A DNA stretch of 32,000 nt, taken from NCBI RefSeq assembly GCF_000012925.1, contig NC_007517.1, positions 3,750,001 to 3,782,000 of the forward strand, read 5' to 3'. The notes beneath the pieces are model-generated. The model had not been told where the DNA came from. It saw only the letters and a program-made list of their open reading frames with translations, and searched no databases. Source of the DNA: Geobacter metallireducens GS-15 (GTDB taxonomy: Bacteria; Desulfobacterota; Desulfuromonadia; Geobacterales; Geobacteraceae). The position numbers and the translations under genes are program-made. Below are positions 1 to 10,631 of the stretch, piece after piece; position 1 is the stretch's first letter, and each line of letters begins with the position of its first letter.

Positions 1-64
1 CCTTGAGACATATTGTGTCGCATGACTGCGGTATCCTGTCACCATCGAACCAAAGGAGGATACC

Positions 65-283
65 ATGGAACCCATCGTTGTCTTCGGCGTCGGCCTCGTG
101 GCCTGGGGCGCCTATATCTGCATCATGGACATGATCCGGGACCGGGCACCGGCCCGCAGCGCCAAGCGGGAGACGGCCCGGGCAAAGGCTGTCGTCAGGG
201 GACCTCGCAGACCCGCTGCAGCTCCCGGTCGAGGAGGTGCCGCGGCTGCACGTTGGCCAATGCCCGCAGAAGGCTCCGCTTGA
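65..283 (+). CDS. hypothetical small membrane protein (72 aa), speculative
   Basis: ATG at 65 is preceded by AAGGAGG (53-59) with a 5-nt spacer. Residues 4-21 (IVVFGVGLVAWGAYICIM) form one hydrophobic helix followed by an Arg/Lys-rich tail. However, the last 89 nt overlap the convergent ttcA 3' end, and the tail is low-complexity, GC-driven sequence. Confidence 0.3.
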   Translation: MEPIVVFGVGLVAWGAYICIMDMIRDRAPARSAKRETARAKAVVRGPRRPAAAPGRGGAAAARWPMPAEGSA

Positions 284-989
284 CAGCGGGATTCTCCCGC
301 TCCAACTCCTTCAGAAGCTCCTTCATCCGCTTGCGCTGGATGTCAGCCTTGCCGCAGACCGGGCAGCAGCAGCAGACCACGGGAAAGCTGTTCTCCCGGG
401 CAAAGGGGATGATCTCCCGCTCCTCAACGTAGACCAGGGGACGGATCACCGTGGTCGCGCCGTTGTCGGCCAGCATCCGCGGCGCCATGGCCTTGAGGGT
501 CCCCACGAAGAACTGGTTGAGGAGGAGGGTCTCCACGAAGTCGTCCAGATGGTGCCCCAGGGCCAGCTTGTTGCAGCCGTGCTGCTGAGCCAGGGTGTAG
601 AGGACGCCCCGCTTGAGCCGGGCGCAGATGGAACAGTAGGAGGAGCCGGGGCGCCGCTTTTCCTTGATGATGTCGTAGTGGGTGGTGGCCTCCACGTGGT
701 GGCTGAAGCCATGCTCCTTGAGATGGGCAGCGATGACGTCGCTGCGGAAGCCGGGGTACCCAGAGTCGATGGTAAACGCCACCAGATCATACTTCACCGG
801 CGCCCGGCGCCGGAGCGCCTCCAGGATATGGAGGAGAGTGTAGGAATCCTTCCCCCCCGAGACCGCCACCGCAATCCGGTCCCCTTCCTCGATGAGGTTG
901 AAGTCGGCGACGGCCCGGCCGACCCCGTTCTTTATTTTCCGATACCGCTTTTCGTCCACAAACTCCACGGATTCCTTCTCCTTCCACAA
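195..989 (-). CDS. ttcA: tRNA 2-thiocytidine biosynthesis protein TtcA (PP-loop ATPase)
   Basis: 264-aa ORF with the PP-loop motif SGGKDS and Cys clusters (CSICARL, CCCCPVCG) typical of the Fe-S TtcA family. Divergent from priA. Confidence 0.85.
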   Translation of the reverse strand: MWKEKESVEFVDEKRYRKIKNGVGRAVADFNLIEEGDRIAVAVSGGKDSYTLLHILEALRRRAPVKYDLVAFTIDSGYPGFRSDVIAAHLKEHGFSHHVEATTHYDIIKEKRRPGSSYCSICARLKRGVLYTLAQQHGCNKLALGHHLDDFVETLLLNQFFVGTLKAMAPRMLADNGATTVIRPLVYVEEREIIPFARENSFPVVCCCCPVCGKADIQRKRMKELLKELERENPAVKRSLLRALANVQPRHLLDRELQRVCEVP

Positions 990-1106
990 TTCGACTACGG
1001 TACCCCACCGGTCTTGCCCAAGTCAAGACAGTGTGCCCCTCCCTTTCCCTTGTTCCCCCGGGACCGTCCTGCTATTATTCCCGTAACGCCATCAGCATCG
1101 GATCCC

Positions 1107-3347
<2,241 letters not shown>

Positions 3348-3371
3348 CTTCGCCGTCCCGTCAGGAAGGGT

Positions 3372-3400
3372 TTGATTTTTTCGCCCTATCTCTCTATATT
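3372..3400 (+). promoter_or_regulatory. candidate sigma70-type promoter for def-fmt
   Basis: TTGATT (3372-3377), 17-nt spacer, TATATT (3395-3400), 35 nt upstream of the def ATG. Motif match only. Confidence 0.35.
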
Positions 3401-3434
3401 CATACGAATAACTATCGTTGAAGGTGCATGAACC

Positions 3435-3938
3435 ATGGTGCGTACAATTCTTACTTATCCCAACCCGATCCTCAAAAAGAAGGCGGTGCCGGTTGCGGTC
3501 ATCAACGACGCGACCCGTGAACTGGTCCGCGACATGGCCGAAACCATGTATGACGCCCAGGGGGTCGGCCTGGCCGCCCCGCAGATCGGCGTAAGCCAGC
3601 GGGTCATCGTCATTGATGTCTCTCAGCGCGAAGAAAGGCCGGAGCTGATTGTCTGCATCAACCCGGTGTTCGTCCATACCGAAGGGGAATCATACGAGGA
3701 AGAGGGTTGCCTCTCTGTCCCCAAGTACTCCGCCAATGTGCACCGGCACGCCAAGGTTGTCGTTAAGGCGCTCAATCTCGATGGAGAGGAAGTGACCTAT
3801 AGGGCGGAAGGGCTTCTGGCCATCGCTTTCCAGCACGAGATAGACCACCTGGAAGGGATGCTCTTCGTGGATCACCTTTCTCCCCTGAAGCGGGAGATGT
3901 TCAAGAAAAAATACCGCCGCATGGTTGAGGAAGGGTAG
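3435..3938 (+). CDS. def: peptide deformylase
   Basis: 167 aa carrying the three deformylase motifs: GVGLAAPQIG, EGCLSVP, QHEIDHLEG. Confidence 0.95.
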   Translation: MVRTILTYPNPILKKKAVPVAVINDATRELVRDMAETMYDAQGVGLAAPQIGVSQRVIVIDVSQREERPELIVCINPVFVHTEGESYEEEGCLSVPKYSANVHRHAKVVVKALNLDGEEVTYRAEGLLAIAFQHEIDHLEGMLFVDHLSPLKREMFKKKYRRMVEEG

Positions 3939-3947
3939 GATTACTGC

Positions 3948-4883
3948 ATGGCCGGACTCAGCATCATCTTCATGGGAACCCCTGATTTCGCCTGTCCCAC
4001 GCTCACGAGACTCATCGAGCGAGGCGAGGATGTAATTGCCGTCGTGACCCAACCTGACCGCCCCAAGGGTCGTGGCCAGAAACTGGTGCCGCCTCCCGTG
4101 AAGGTCATTGCCGAGGAGCATGGCATTCCGGTCCTGCAGCCCCAGAAAGTCCGTGCGCCCGAGGTTGTCGCACAGATCAGGGAACTGAATCCTGACCTGA
4201 TTGTGGTGGTCGCCTTCGGCCAGATTCTCCCCCAGAGCCTCCTCGAAATCCCTCGGCATGGCTGCATCAACATTCACGCCTCACTCCTTCCACGCTACCG
4301 GGGGGCCGCTCCCATTAACTGGTGCCTCATCAACGGCGAGACCGAGACCGGCATAACCACCATGCAGATGGATGCGGGTCTCGACACGGGGGATATGCTT
4401 GTCAAACGGTCCATCTCCATTGGCCCGGACGAGGACGCCCAGTCGCTCCACGACCGCCTCTCCCTCCTTGGGGCTGAAACCATCGACGAGACCCTGGACA
4501 GACTCCAGGTAGGCACCCTTACTCGCGAAAAGCAGGATGACGCTCTTACCTGCTACGCTCCGATGCTGAAGAAGGAAGACGGCCTTATCGACTGGAAGCA
4601 GGAGCCGCAGCAAATTAAAAACCTCGTTCGCGGCTTCACTCCGTGGCCCGGAGCGTATACCACGCTGGACGGCAAGACACTGAAGCTGTACAAGGTGTCG
4701 GTGGCCACTGAATGCGGCAAGCCCGGAGATATCATGGCTGTCGGAAAAGACGGGATCATCGTCGGCTGCGGGTCAGGTAGCCTCCGAATCGAGGAACTGC
4801 AACTGGAAGGAAGGAAACGGCTATCGGCTCAAGATTTCCTAGCAGGTTGCCGTCTGGAGCCAGGGATTCGGCTCGGTCATTAA
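3948..4883 (+). CDS. fmt: methionyl-tRNA formyltransferase
   Basis: 311 aa with N-terminal FMGTPDFA and catalytic region NIHASLLPRYRGAAPI. Canonical def-fmt pairing. Confidence 0.95.
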   Translation: MAGLSIIFMGTPDFACPTLTRLIERGEDVIAVVTQPDRPKGRGQKLVPPPVKVIAEEHGIPVLQPQKVRAPEVVAQIRELNPDLIVVVAFGQILPQSLLEIPRHGCINIHASLLPRYRGAAPINWCLINGETETGITTMQMDAGLDTGDMLVKRSISIGPDEDAQSLHDRLSLLGAETIDETLDRLQVGTLTREKQDDALTCYAPMLKKEDGLIDWKQEPQQIKNLVRGFTPWPGAYTTLDGKTLKLYKVSVATECGKPGDIMAVGKDGIIVGCGSGSLRIEELQLEGRKRLSAQDFLAGCRLEPGIRLGH

Positions 4884-4884
4884 A

Positions 4885-5640
4885 ATGCCTGACAATACTC
4901 CTAAAAAACGTCTTTTCATTGTGCTCATGGGGGTCACTTGTCTCCTGATTGTCGGCGCAATCTACCTTCTCTGGTGGATTCCCACGACCGGCTTGGCGAA
5001 CATCCACCCAAGCCTCCCTCGCATCGCCGGAATAGTTTTTGGTGGCCTGTCCCTACTAGCCCTCCTTGGCACCCTTGTGCTCGTGCTGACCTCGGCGCTC
5101 GGCAAGGATATCCTTTTCACCCGTTTTCTGCGCGGTGTTGTCATCAAGTTTCTTCTTCCGGCCATTGAACTGATCGGTCGCACGTTCGGCATCTCCATTG
5201 ACACCATCCGCCAGTCGTTCATTGCCATGAATAACAGTCTGGTTCTCTCCCAGCGTCGCCGGGTAAAACCCGACCGAGTCTTGATACTCCTGCCTCACTG
5301 TCTCCAGCTTTTCGAATGCGAGATCAAGGTGACCGGCAACATCAACAAATGCGTCCGGTGCGGCCGCTGCGATATCATGGGACTGGCAGAACTGGCCGAA
5401 AAATACTCAATAGATATCTCCGTGGCCACAGGGGGAACTCTGGCACGGAAGGTCATCATAGAGAAACGTCCCAAACTCGTTCTGGCAGTTGCCTGCGAGC
5501 GTGACCTGACTTCCGGTATCAAAGACTGCTACCCCCTGCCGGTCATCGGAGTTCTGAACGACCGCCCCTTCGGACCTTGCTTCAACACCAAGGTTGACAT
5601 AGAGAAGATCAATGAAGCCCTACAGGCAGTAATTGGCTAG
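4885..5640 (+). CDS. DUF116-like membrane protein of unknown function (Cys-rich C-terminal domain)
   Basis: 251 aa. ATG lies 1 nt after the fmt stop (TAA-A-ATG), suggesting translational coupling. Two N-terminal hydrophobic helices, then LLPHCLQ...C...KCVRCGRCDI...LAVACERDL. The DUF116 assignment is from memory of the family and its usual position downstream of fmt. Confidence 0.65.
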   Translation: MPDNTPKKRLFIVLMGVTCLLIVGAIYLLWWIPTTGLANIHPSLPRIAGIVFGGLSLLALLGTLVLVLTSALGKDILFTRFLRGVVIKFLLPAIELIGRTFGISIDTIRQSFIAMNNSLVLSQRRRVKPDRVLILLPHCLQLFECEIKVTGNINKCVRCGRCDIMGLAELAEKYSIDISVATGGTLARKVIIEKRPKLVLAVACERDLTSGIKDCYPLPVIGVLNDRPFGPCFNTKVDIEKINEALQAVIG

Positions 5641-6019
5641 AACCCTCGCACGACGTCCTTATCCGAGTTTTCTCTCCCGTTCCATTTCTTTCCGCAAGCG
5701 CCTGAATTACTACCCTCCGACGAGATGTTTCCACCCGAGATGTCCATAACAGTAGCAAGCAGCAAATCCATTCACAAGCGCTGGCCACAAGCCACCAGCC
5801 GGCAGGAGGCTGCAGTCGGTTGGAACTATGCTCAACAGTGGTTGGCGTTTTCCTCCGCAAAAAGCTTGATTCCATGCCTCAATAAAACCGTCAAGGTTTG
5901 CTCTGTCGGCATTTCGGCAGCAACCTGACTAGCGTTGCCGGGAGGGGTTCATAAGTCTTGTTTCGGCGCCTGAGTCCAAGACTTGCGGCTATCTCCACCA
6001 CGGATCTTTGATCGAACGG

Positions 6020-6027
6020 CATGTAGC
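6020..6027. repeat. left copy of the 8-bp target site duplication CATGTAGC
   Basis: Identical 8-mer at 7396-7403, directly abutting the IS inverted repeats. Confidence 0.75.
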
Positions 6028-6055
6028 GATAACGTAAAATATCTTTCGCTTTTTT
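6028..6055. repeat. IS left terminal inverted repeat
   Basis: gataacgtaaaatatctttcgctttttt matches the reverse complement of 7368-7395 at 22 of 28 positions (hand count). Confidence 0.7.
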
Positions 6056-6135
6056 AAAACGAAGCACGGCAGTGCCTCGAATCGGTTAGAATTGCGTCGC
6101 CAAACGAAAATTCGACCCGAAAGGAGCACACTGCC

Positions 6136-7343
6136 GTGGAAGAACATTGTACCCCAAAGGCTCAAATCATCCAACTGAATGAAACTGCCGTCCGCGACCA
6201 CCTCGGAGAAATGGTCCGTAGTACGGTGGAAGAGACCCTGAACCGGATGCTCGATGCCGAGGCGGATCGTCTATGCACCGCCGAGAAGTATCAGCGCAAC
6301 GATGCTCGAACCGATACCCGGGCTGGCCATTACCAGCGAAAGCTCCAGACCAAGGCCGGAGAAGTGACCTTGAACATGCCGAAGCTGCGGCGACAGACCT
6401 TTGAAACGGCCATCATCGAGCGCTACCGCCGGCGTGAAGCCTCGGTGGAAGAGGCGCTGATTGAGATGTACCTGGCCGGTGTTTCGGTCCGGCGCGTCGA
6501 AGACATTACCGAAACCTTGTGGGGAACCAAGGTCAGTCCCGGCACCATCAGCAACCTCAACAAGAAGGTCTACGCCAAGATCGAGGAGTGGCGTAACCGT
6601 CCCATCAAAGGGGAGTTTCCCTATGTCTATCTGGACGGCATCGTGCTCAAGCGCTCCTGGGGCGGCGAAGTGACCAACGTGTCGGTACTGGTGGCCATAG
6701 GCGTCAACGATCAGGGATATCGCAAGATCCTCGGCGTCTGCGAAGGGGCCAAGGAGGACAAGGCCGGCTGGTCGAGCTTTCTGCGCCACTTGGCCTCACG
6801 GGCGTGCGGCTGTTCATCACCGACGCCTGCATGGGGCTGGTGGAGTCCCTGGCCGAGTTCTATCCGAAAACCAAATGGCAGCGCTGCACGGTTCATTTCT
6901 ACCGCAATGTCTTCAGCGTTGTGCCGGCCAAACGGATGGCGGAAGTAGCGGCCATGCTCAAGGCGATCCATGCGTCGGAAGACAAGAAGGCGGCCCTGGA
7001 AAAGGCCGAGGCTGTCTTTGCCAAGCTGGAAGCGATGAAACTCAAGGAAGCGGCCAAGAAGGTTCAGGAATCTATTACCGAAACCCTGTCCTACTATGAC
7101 TTTCCCCGCGAGCATCGCATCCGCATCCGGACGAATAACGCCCTTGAGAGGATCATGAAAGAGATCCGACGACGAACCAAAGTCGTTGGCGCTTTCCCCG
7201 ACGGGAATTCAGCATTGATGCTCTGCGCTGCGCGGCTGCGTCACATTGCCGGAACCCAATGGGGTACGAAACGCTACCTCAATATCGATCTTCTCAGAGA
7301 ACAGGAGTTAAACCAACAACTCGAAGAGGCTGAGGCAATCTAA
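6136..7343 (+). pseudogene. IS256-family (mutator-type) transposase, frame-broken near 6793-6802
   Basis: N-terminal part is ORF 6136..6948 (GTG start, AAAGGAG upstream). C-terminal part is ORF 6804..7343 in another frame. The two together are collinear with transposases of about 400 aa (…GWSSFLRHL / GLTGVRLFITDACMGLVESL…). Confidence 0.8.
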
Positions 7344-7367
7344 CTTACCGAAGGCACTGCCAAAAAC

Positions 7368-7395
7368 AAAAAAGCGAAAAACTCTTTACACTATC
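7368..7395. repeat. IS right terminal inverted repeat
   Basis: Reverse complement gatagtgtaaagagtttttcgctttttt pairs with 6028-6055. Confidence 0.7.
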
Positions 7396-7403
7396 CATGT
7401 AGC
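7396..7403. repeat. right copy of the 8-bp target site duplication CATGTAGC
   Basis: Identical to 6020-6027. Confidence 0.75.
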
Positions 7404-7479
7404 ATCGTGGGCAAGCGTAACTTCAGGGCTCGAAATCGTCACGTCGAACACCCAGTTATTCCGTGCCATGCCGATTCTT

Positions 7480-7520
7480 CTTACAAAATACAAAAGGGCT
7501 CCTTCATATAAAGGAGCCCT
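7480..7520 (-). terminator. rho-independent terminator of the nuo operon
   Basis: Perfect 10-bp stem agggctcctt (7495-7504) / aaggagccct (7511-7520) with a 6-nt loop. On the minus strand it is followed by TTTTGTATTTTG. Lies about 30 nt after the nuoN stop. Confidence 0.75.
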
Positions 7521-7548
7521 GAGGGAAAAGCCTATTACTTACTTCTAG

Positions 7549-9003
7549 TTAAAGGAGAACTGCCTGCTGTGCAAGGTTGAGGAGAAACGCTGGAACAACT
7601 CCTGGCAACAGGACACCAACCACAGCAATAATAATGCAGATGGCAACTGCCGGAGTAAGCTTCATCCAGTCAAACTCTTCAACAGGATCCTTCATATACA
7701 TATAAACCATCACACGGAGATAGTAATATACCGACGCGGCACTATTCAGTACCCCGATGATGGCAAGCCATACATACCCAGCCTTTATGGCGCCAGAGAA
7801 GAGGTAGAACTTACCGATAAAACCAGCAGTCGGCGGTATGCCAGCCAGCGAGAAGAGGAAGACTGCCATTGCCAGGGCCAGCACCGGGTGCTTAGTTCCG
7901 AACCCTGCGTAATCCATAACATTATTGTTTGCTTCGCCCTTCTTGCCAACAAGAACGATAATGGCAAAGGCCCCTATATTCATAAAAGCATAGGAAAGCA
8001 TGTAGAAGAGAATGCCTGCCGTCCCCTCTGCATTTCCGGCGGCAAAACCGACCAGAGCATACCCAGCGTGCGCAATCGATGAGTATGCGAGCATCCTCTT
8101 GATATTGTCCTGATTGAGAGCAATCAGGTTACCAATGGTCATGGTAAGAACGGCAAGAATCCAGAGGAGATCGGACCAGTCAGCCTTAAGCGAAGGGAAA
8201 GCAATAATAACAACGCGCATAAATGCTGCGAAACCGGCTGCCTTCGGCCCCGCTGACATGAAAGCGGTCATTGGAGTCGGAGCACCCTCGTAGACATCCG
8301 GAGTCCACATATGGAACGGAGCAGCGGCGATCTTGAAGGAAAAGCCTACCGCCATCAGCAGCATTCCGATCACAAACATAGGATTCTGCGCCACGACTCC
8401 GTTTTGCGACACATACTCAGCAATCTTCACTACGCGCGTAGTGCCGGTAGCGCCGTAGGTGAGGGCCATTCCGTACAGGAGGAATCCAGTTGAAAACGCG
8501 CCAAGAAGAAAGTACTTGAGGCCAGCTTCATTCGACTTAACATTGGCCCTGTTAAAGCCTGCCAAAATATACAGAGATACGGAGAGCACTTCGAGACCAA
8601 GAAAAATAGTCATCAAATCCGTACCAGACGCCATAAGCATCATACCAACCGTGGCAAAGAGAAGCAGTGGGTAAAGTTCCCCGAGATTGCATTCTTCACG
8701 CTTGAAATATTGATCCGAGATAAGAATGCTCATCGCAACCGTGAGGAGGAAAATGCCCTTGAAAAATATAGAGAAGTTATCCTGAACAACAGAATCATTG
8801 AACGCCGAGAGAGGTACCCCCCATCCACCAATGAGCGTGAATCCGGCGACAATGACGCCTACGAGACTCAAATATCCCAGATAGGCCTTGTGCTCACTCG
8901 GAACGAATACGTTTACAAGGAGCAGCACCATCGCAAAGATCGAAAGTATGACCTCTGGCATTATTGGTGCGAAGTTAATGGCAGGAATTGCAATTGTTTC
9001 CAT
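7549..9003 (-). CDS. nuoN: NADH-quinone oxidoreductase subunit N
   Basis: 484-aa polytopic antiporter-like protein (…LAYSSIAHAGYALVG…). Last gene of the nuoA-N order. Confidence 0.9.
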   Translation of the reverse strand: METIAIPAINFAPIMPEVILSIFAMVLLLVNVFVPSEHKAYLGYLSLVGVIVAGFTLIGGWGVPLSAFNDSVVQDNFSIFFKGIFLLTVAMSILISDQYFKREECNLGELYPLLLFATVGMMLMASGTDLMTIFLGLEVLSVSLYILAGFNRANVKSNEAGLKYFLLGAFSTGFLLYGMALTYGATGTTRVVKIAEYVSQNGVVAQNPMFVIGMLLMAVGFSFKIAAAPFHMWTPDVYEGAPTPMTAFMSAGPKAAGFAAFMRVVIIAFPSLKADWSDLLWILAVLTMTIGNLIALNQDNIKRMLAYSSIAHAGYALVGFAAGNAEGTAGILFYMLSYAFMNIGAFAIIVLVGKKGEANNNVMDYAGFGTKHPVLALAMAVFLFSLAGIPPTAGFIGKFYLFSGAIKAGYVWLAIIGVLNSAASVYYYLRVMVYMYMKDPVEEFDWMKLTPAVAICIIIAVVGVLLPGVVPAFLLNLAQQAVLL

Positions 9004-9036
9004 CTAGGTTCCCTCCGGTGGCTTTTCTGAAACCGA

Positions 9037-10596
9037 TTACTTGTGCTCAACAGGCAGCACGGCGGCAGGAAGAGCCTGCGGTGCCGGGATCTGAGGAATC
9101 TGTGCCTTGGCGGTCTGCTTCGACTTGACGTGAACGATCAATTTCTCAAGCGATGGGCTCATTTTGTCGATGAAGGGGGTAGGATACACGCCCATAACGA
9201 AGATCAACACGAGCAACGGCAGCATAATCACCACTTCGCGTGCATTCAAATCTGTAAGCGTCTGGTTCTTGGGGTTATTCAGCTCTCCAAACATGACACG
9301 CTGGAACATCCAGAGCATATAAACTGCGGAAAGAATCACGCCGCTCGTCCCGATTACAGCATACCAACGCAGTTCACTTTCATACGCACCGATGAGAATA
9401 AGGAACTCTCCAACAAAGCCGTTGGTTCCCGGAAGACCGATGGAAGAAAGGGTGACAATCATGAAAATTGTAGCAAAAACCGGCATCTGCTTGGCCAATC
9501 CGCCGAAATCAGTTATGAGACGAGTGTGACGACGCTCATAGATGAAACCAACTATAAGGAACAGTGCGCCAGTGGAAACACCGTGATTGAGCATCTGAAT
9601 CATTCCGCCCGAGAGTCCTTGCTGGTTGAGCGCAAACACGCCGAGCATAACATAGCCAAGGTGTGCAACTGAGGAGTAGGCAACAAGTTTTTTTACGTCC
9701 TCCTGAACCATAGCCACAAGGGCAGCATACACAATACCTATCACTGAAAGGACTGCAAAGAGAGGAGTAAACTGAGCTGTAGCGTCCGGGAAAAGCGGCA
9801 TGGCGAAGCGTACAAAACCATAGGTTCCCATCTTAAGGAGAACGGCAGCCAGAATTACGGAACCAGCGGTCGGGGCTTCGGTATGTGCATCCGGCAACCA
9901 CGTATGCAGCGGGAACATCGGTACTTTAATGGCAAAGGCCAAAGCGAACGCAAGGAACATCCAGGTCTGGGTCGCAGGATCGAGAGCGAGATCATAGAAG
10001 CGAAGCACACTGAAGTCGCCGGCTCCGCCCTTAAAGTAAAGGACGACAAGAGCGATCAGCATCAGGAGCGAACCGACCATTGTATAGATAAAGAACTTGA
10101 GCGCAGCGTATATCTTGTTTTTCCCACCCCATATACCGATGATGAAGTACATTGGAATGAGCATGACCTCCCAAAATATGTAGAAGAGGAACAGGTCAAG
10201 TGAAACGAAAGCGCCAAGCATCCCGACCTCAAGGAGGAGGAGACAGATCATGTATTCCTTCACCTTGTTCTCAACGGCTGTCCAGGTTGAAAGAATGGCG
10301 ATTGGCACGATGAAGGTTGTCAGAATCACGAGCCAGAGACTGATTCCATCGATGGCAACATGATAATTCATCTGGTACGGGCCGGCAGCGATCCAGGGTA
10401 CCTTCTCCACAAACTGGAACTCAGCGTTGCTCTGGAAGCCGGTAACAAGCGGAAGTGATACGACAAACGTCGCAAGAGCCACCAGAAGTGCAAGCCCCCG
10501 CTGTGCAGAATGGCTCTGCTTGGGAACGAAGAAGAGCAGTACGACCCCTAGAAGTGGTAGAAAGGTCATCACGCTGATTAAGGGAAACTGACTCAT
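9037..10596 (-). CDS. nuoM: NADH-quinone oxidoreductase subunit M
   Basis: 519-aa antiporter-like membrane protein (…VAYSSVAHLGYVMLG…) positioned between nuoL and nuoN. Confidence 0.9.
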   Translation of the reverse strand: MSQFPLISVMTFLPLLGVVLLFFVPKQSHSAQRGLALLVALATFVVSLPLVTGFQSNAEFQFVEKVPWIAAGPYQMNYHVAIDGISLWLVILTTFIVPIAILSTWTAVENKVKEYMICLLLLEVGMLGAFVSLDLFLFYIFWEVMLIPMYFIIGIWGGKNKIYAALKFFIYTMVGSLLMLIALVVLYFKGGAGDFSVLRFYDLALDPATQTWMFLAFALAFAIKVPMFPLHTWLPDAHTEAPTAGSVILAAVLLKMGTYGFVRFAMPLFPDATAQFTPLFAVLSVIGIVYAALVAMVQEDVKKLVAYSSVAHLGYVMLGVFALNQQGLSGGMIQMLNHGVSTGALFLIVGFIYERRHTRLITDFGGLAKQMPVFATIFMIVTLSSIGLPGTNGFVGEFLILIGAYESELRWYAVIGTSGVILSAVYMLWMFQRVMFGELNNPKNQTLTDLNAREVVIMLPLLVLIFVMGVYPTPFIDKMSPSLEKLIVHVKSKQTAKAQIPQIPAPQALPAAVLPVEHK

Positions 10597-10631
10597 GAAT
10601 CTGCTCCTTTAGTCCTATTGGTAATTCAGAG

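Larger units (their letters stand above)
6028..7395 (+). mobile_element. IS256-family insertion sequence (1368 bp)
   Basis: Bounded by imperfect 28-nt inverted repeats and an 8-bp direct duplication. Encodes a mutator/IS256-type transposase split into two frames. Size and TSD length fit IS256-family elements. Confidence 0.85.

Noticed and set aside
13-432. 139-aa plus-strand ORF at the window start, and other alternative-frame ORFs inside priA (e.g. 2243..3013, 2205..2789)
   Set aside because: Arg/Pro/Gly-rich low-complexity translations overlap well-supported genes. These are typical GC-rich frame artefacts.
237-1106. The 290-codon N-terminal extension of the 1036-aa ORF that contains priA
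   Set aside because: It runs exactly antisense to ttcA, which has clear PP-loop motifs. The extension is Pro/Arg/Gly/Leu-rich, as expected of stop-free antisense frames in GC-rich DNA. PriA-like sequence begins only at the ATG at 1107.
5989-6201. 70-aa minus-strand ORF spanning the left IS boundary
   Set aside because: It is a hybrid of IS-internal and flanking DNA created by the insertion, with no Shine-Dalgarno and no motifs.
6787-6800. Programmed -1 ribosomal frameshifting as the explanation for the two transposase frames
   Set aside because: There is no slippery heptamer (A-AAA-AAG-like) or obvious downstream structure at the junction. IS256-family transposases are normally single ORFs. 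A 10-nt deletion explains the junction better, because a direct -1 join would drop the conserved xxR residues.
7404-7479. Possible tRNA-like or small-RNA element (gggctcgaaatcg resembles a T-loop)
   Set aside because: No flanking 5-bp T-stem, acceptor stem or anticodon arm could be built. This is a chance resemblance only.
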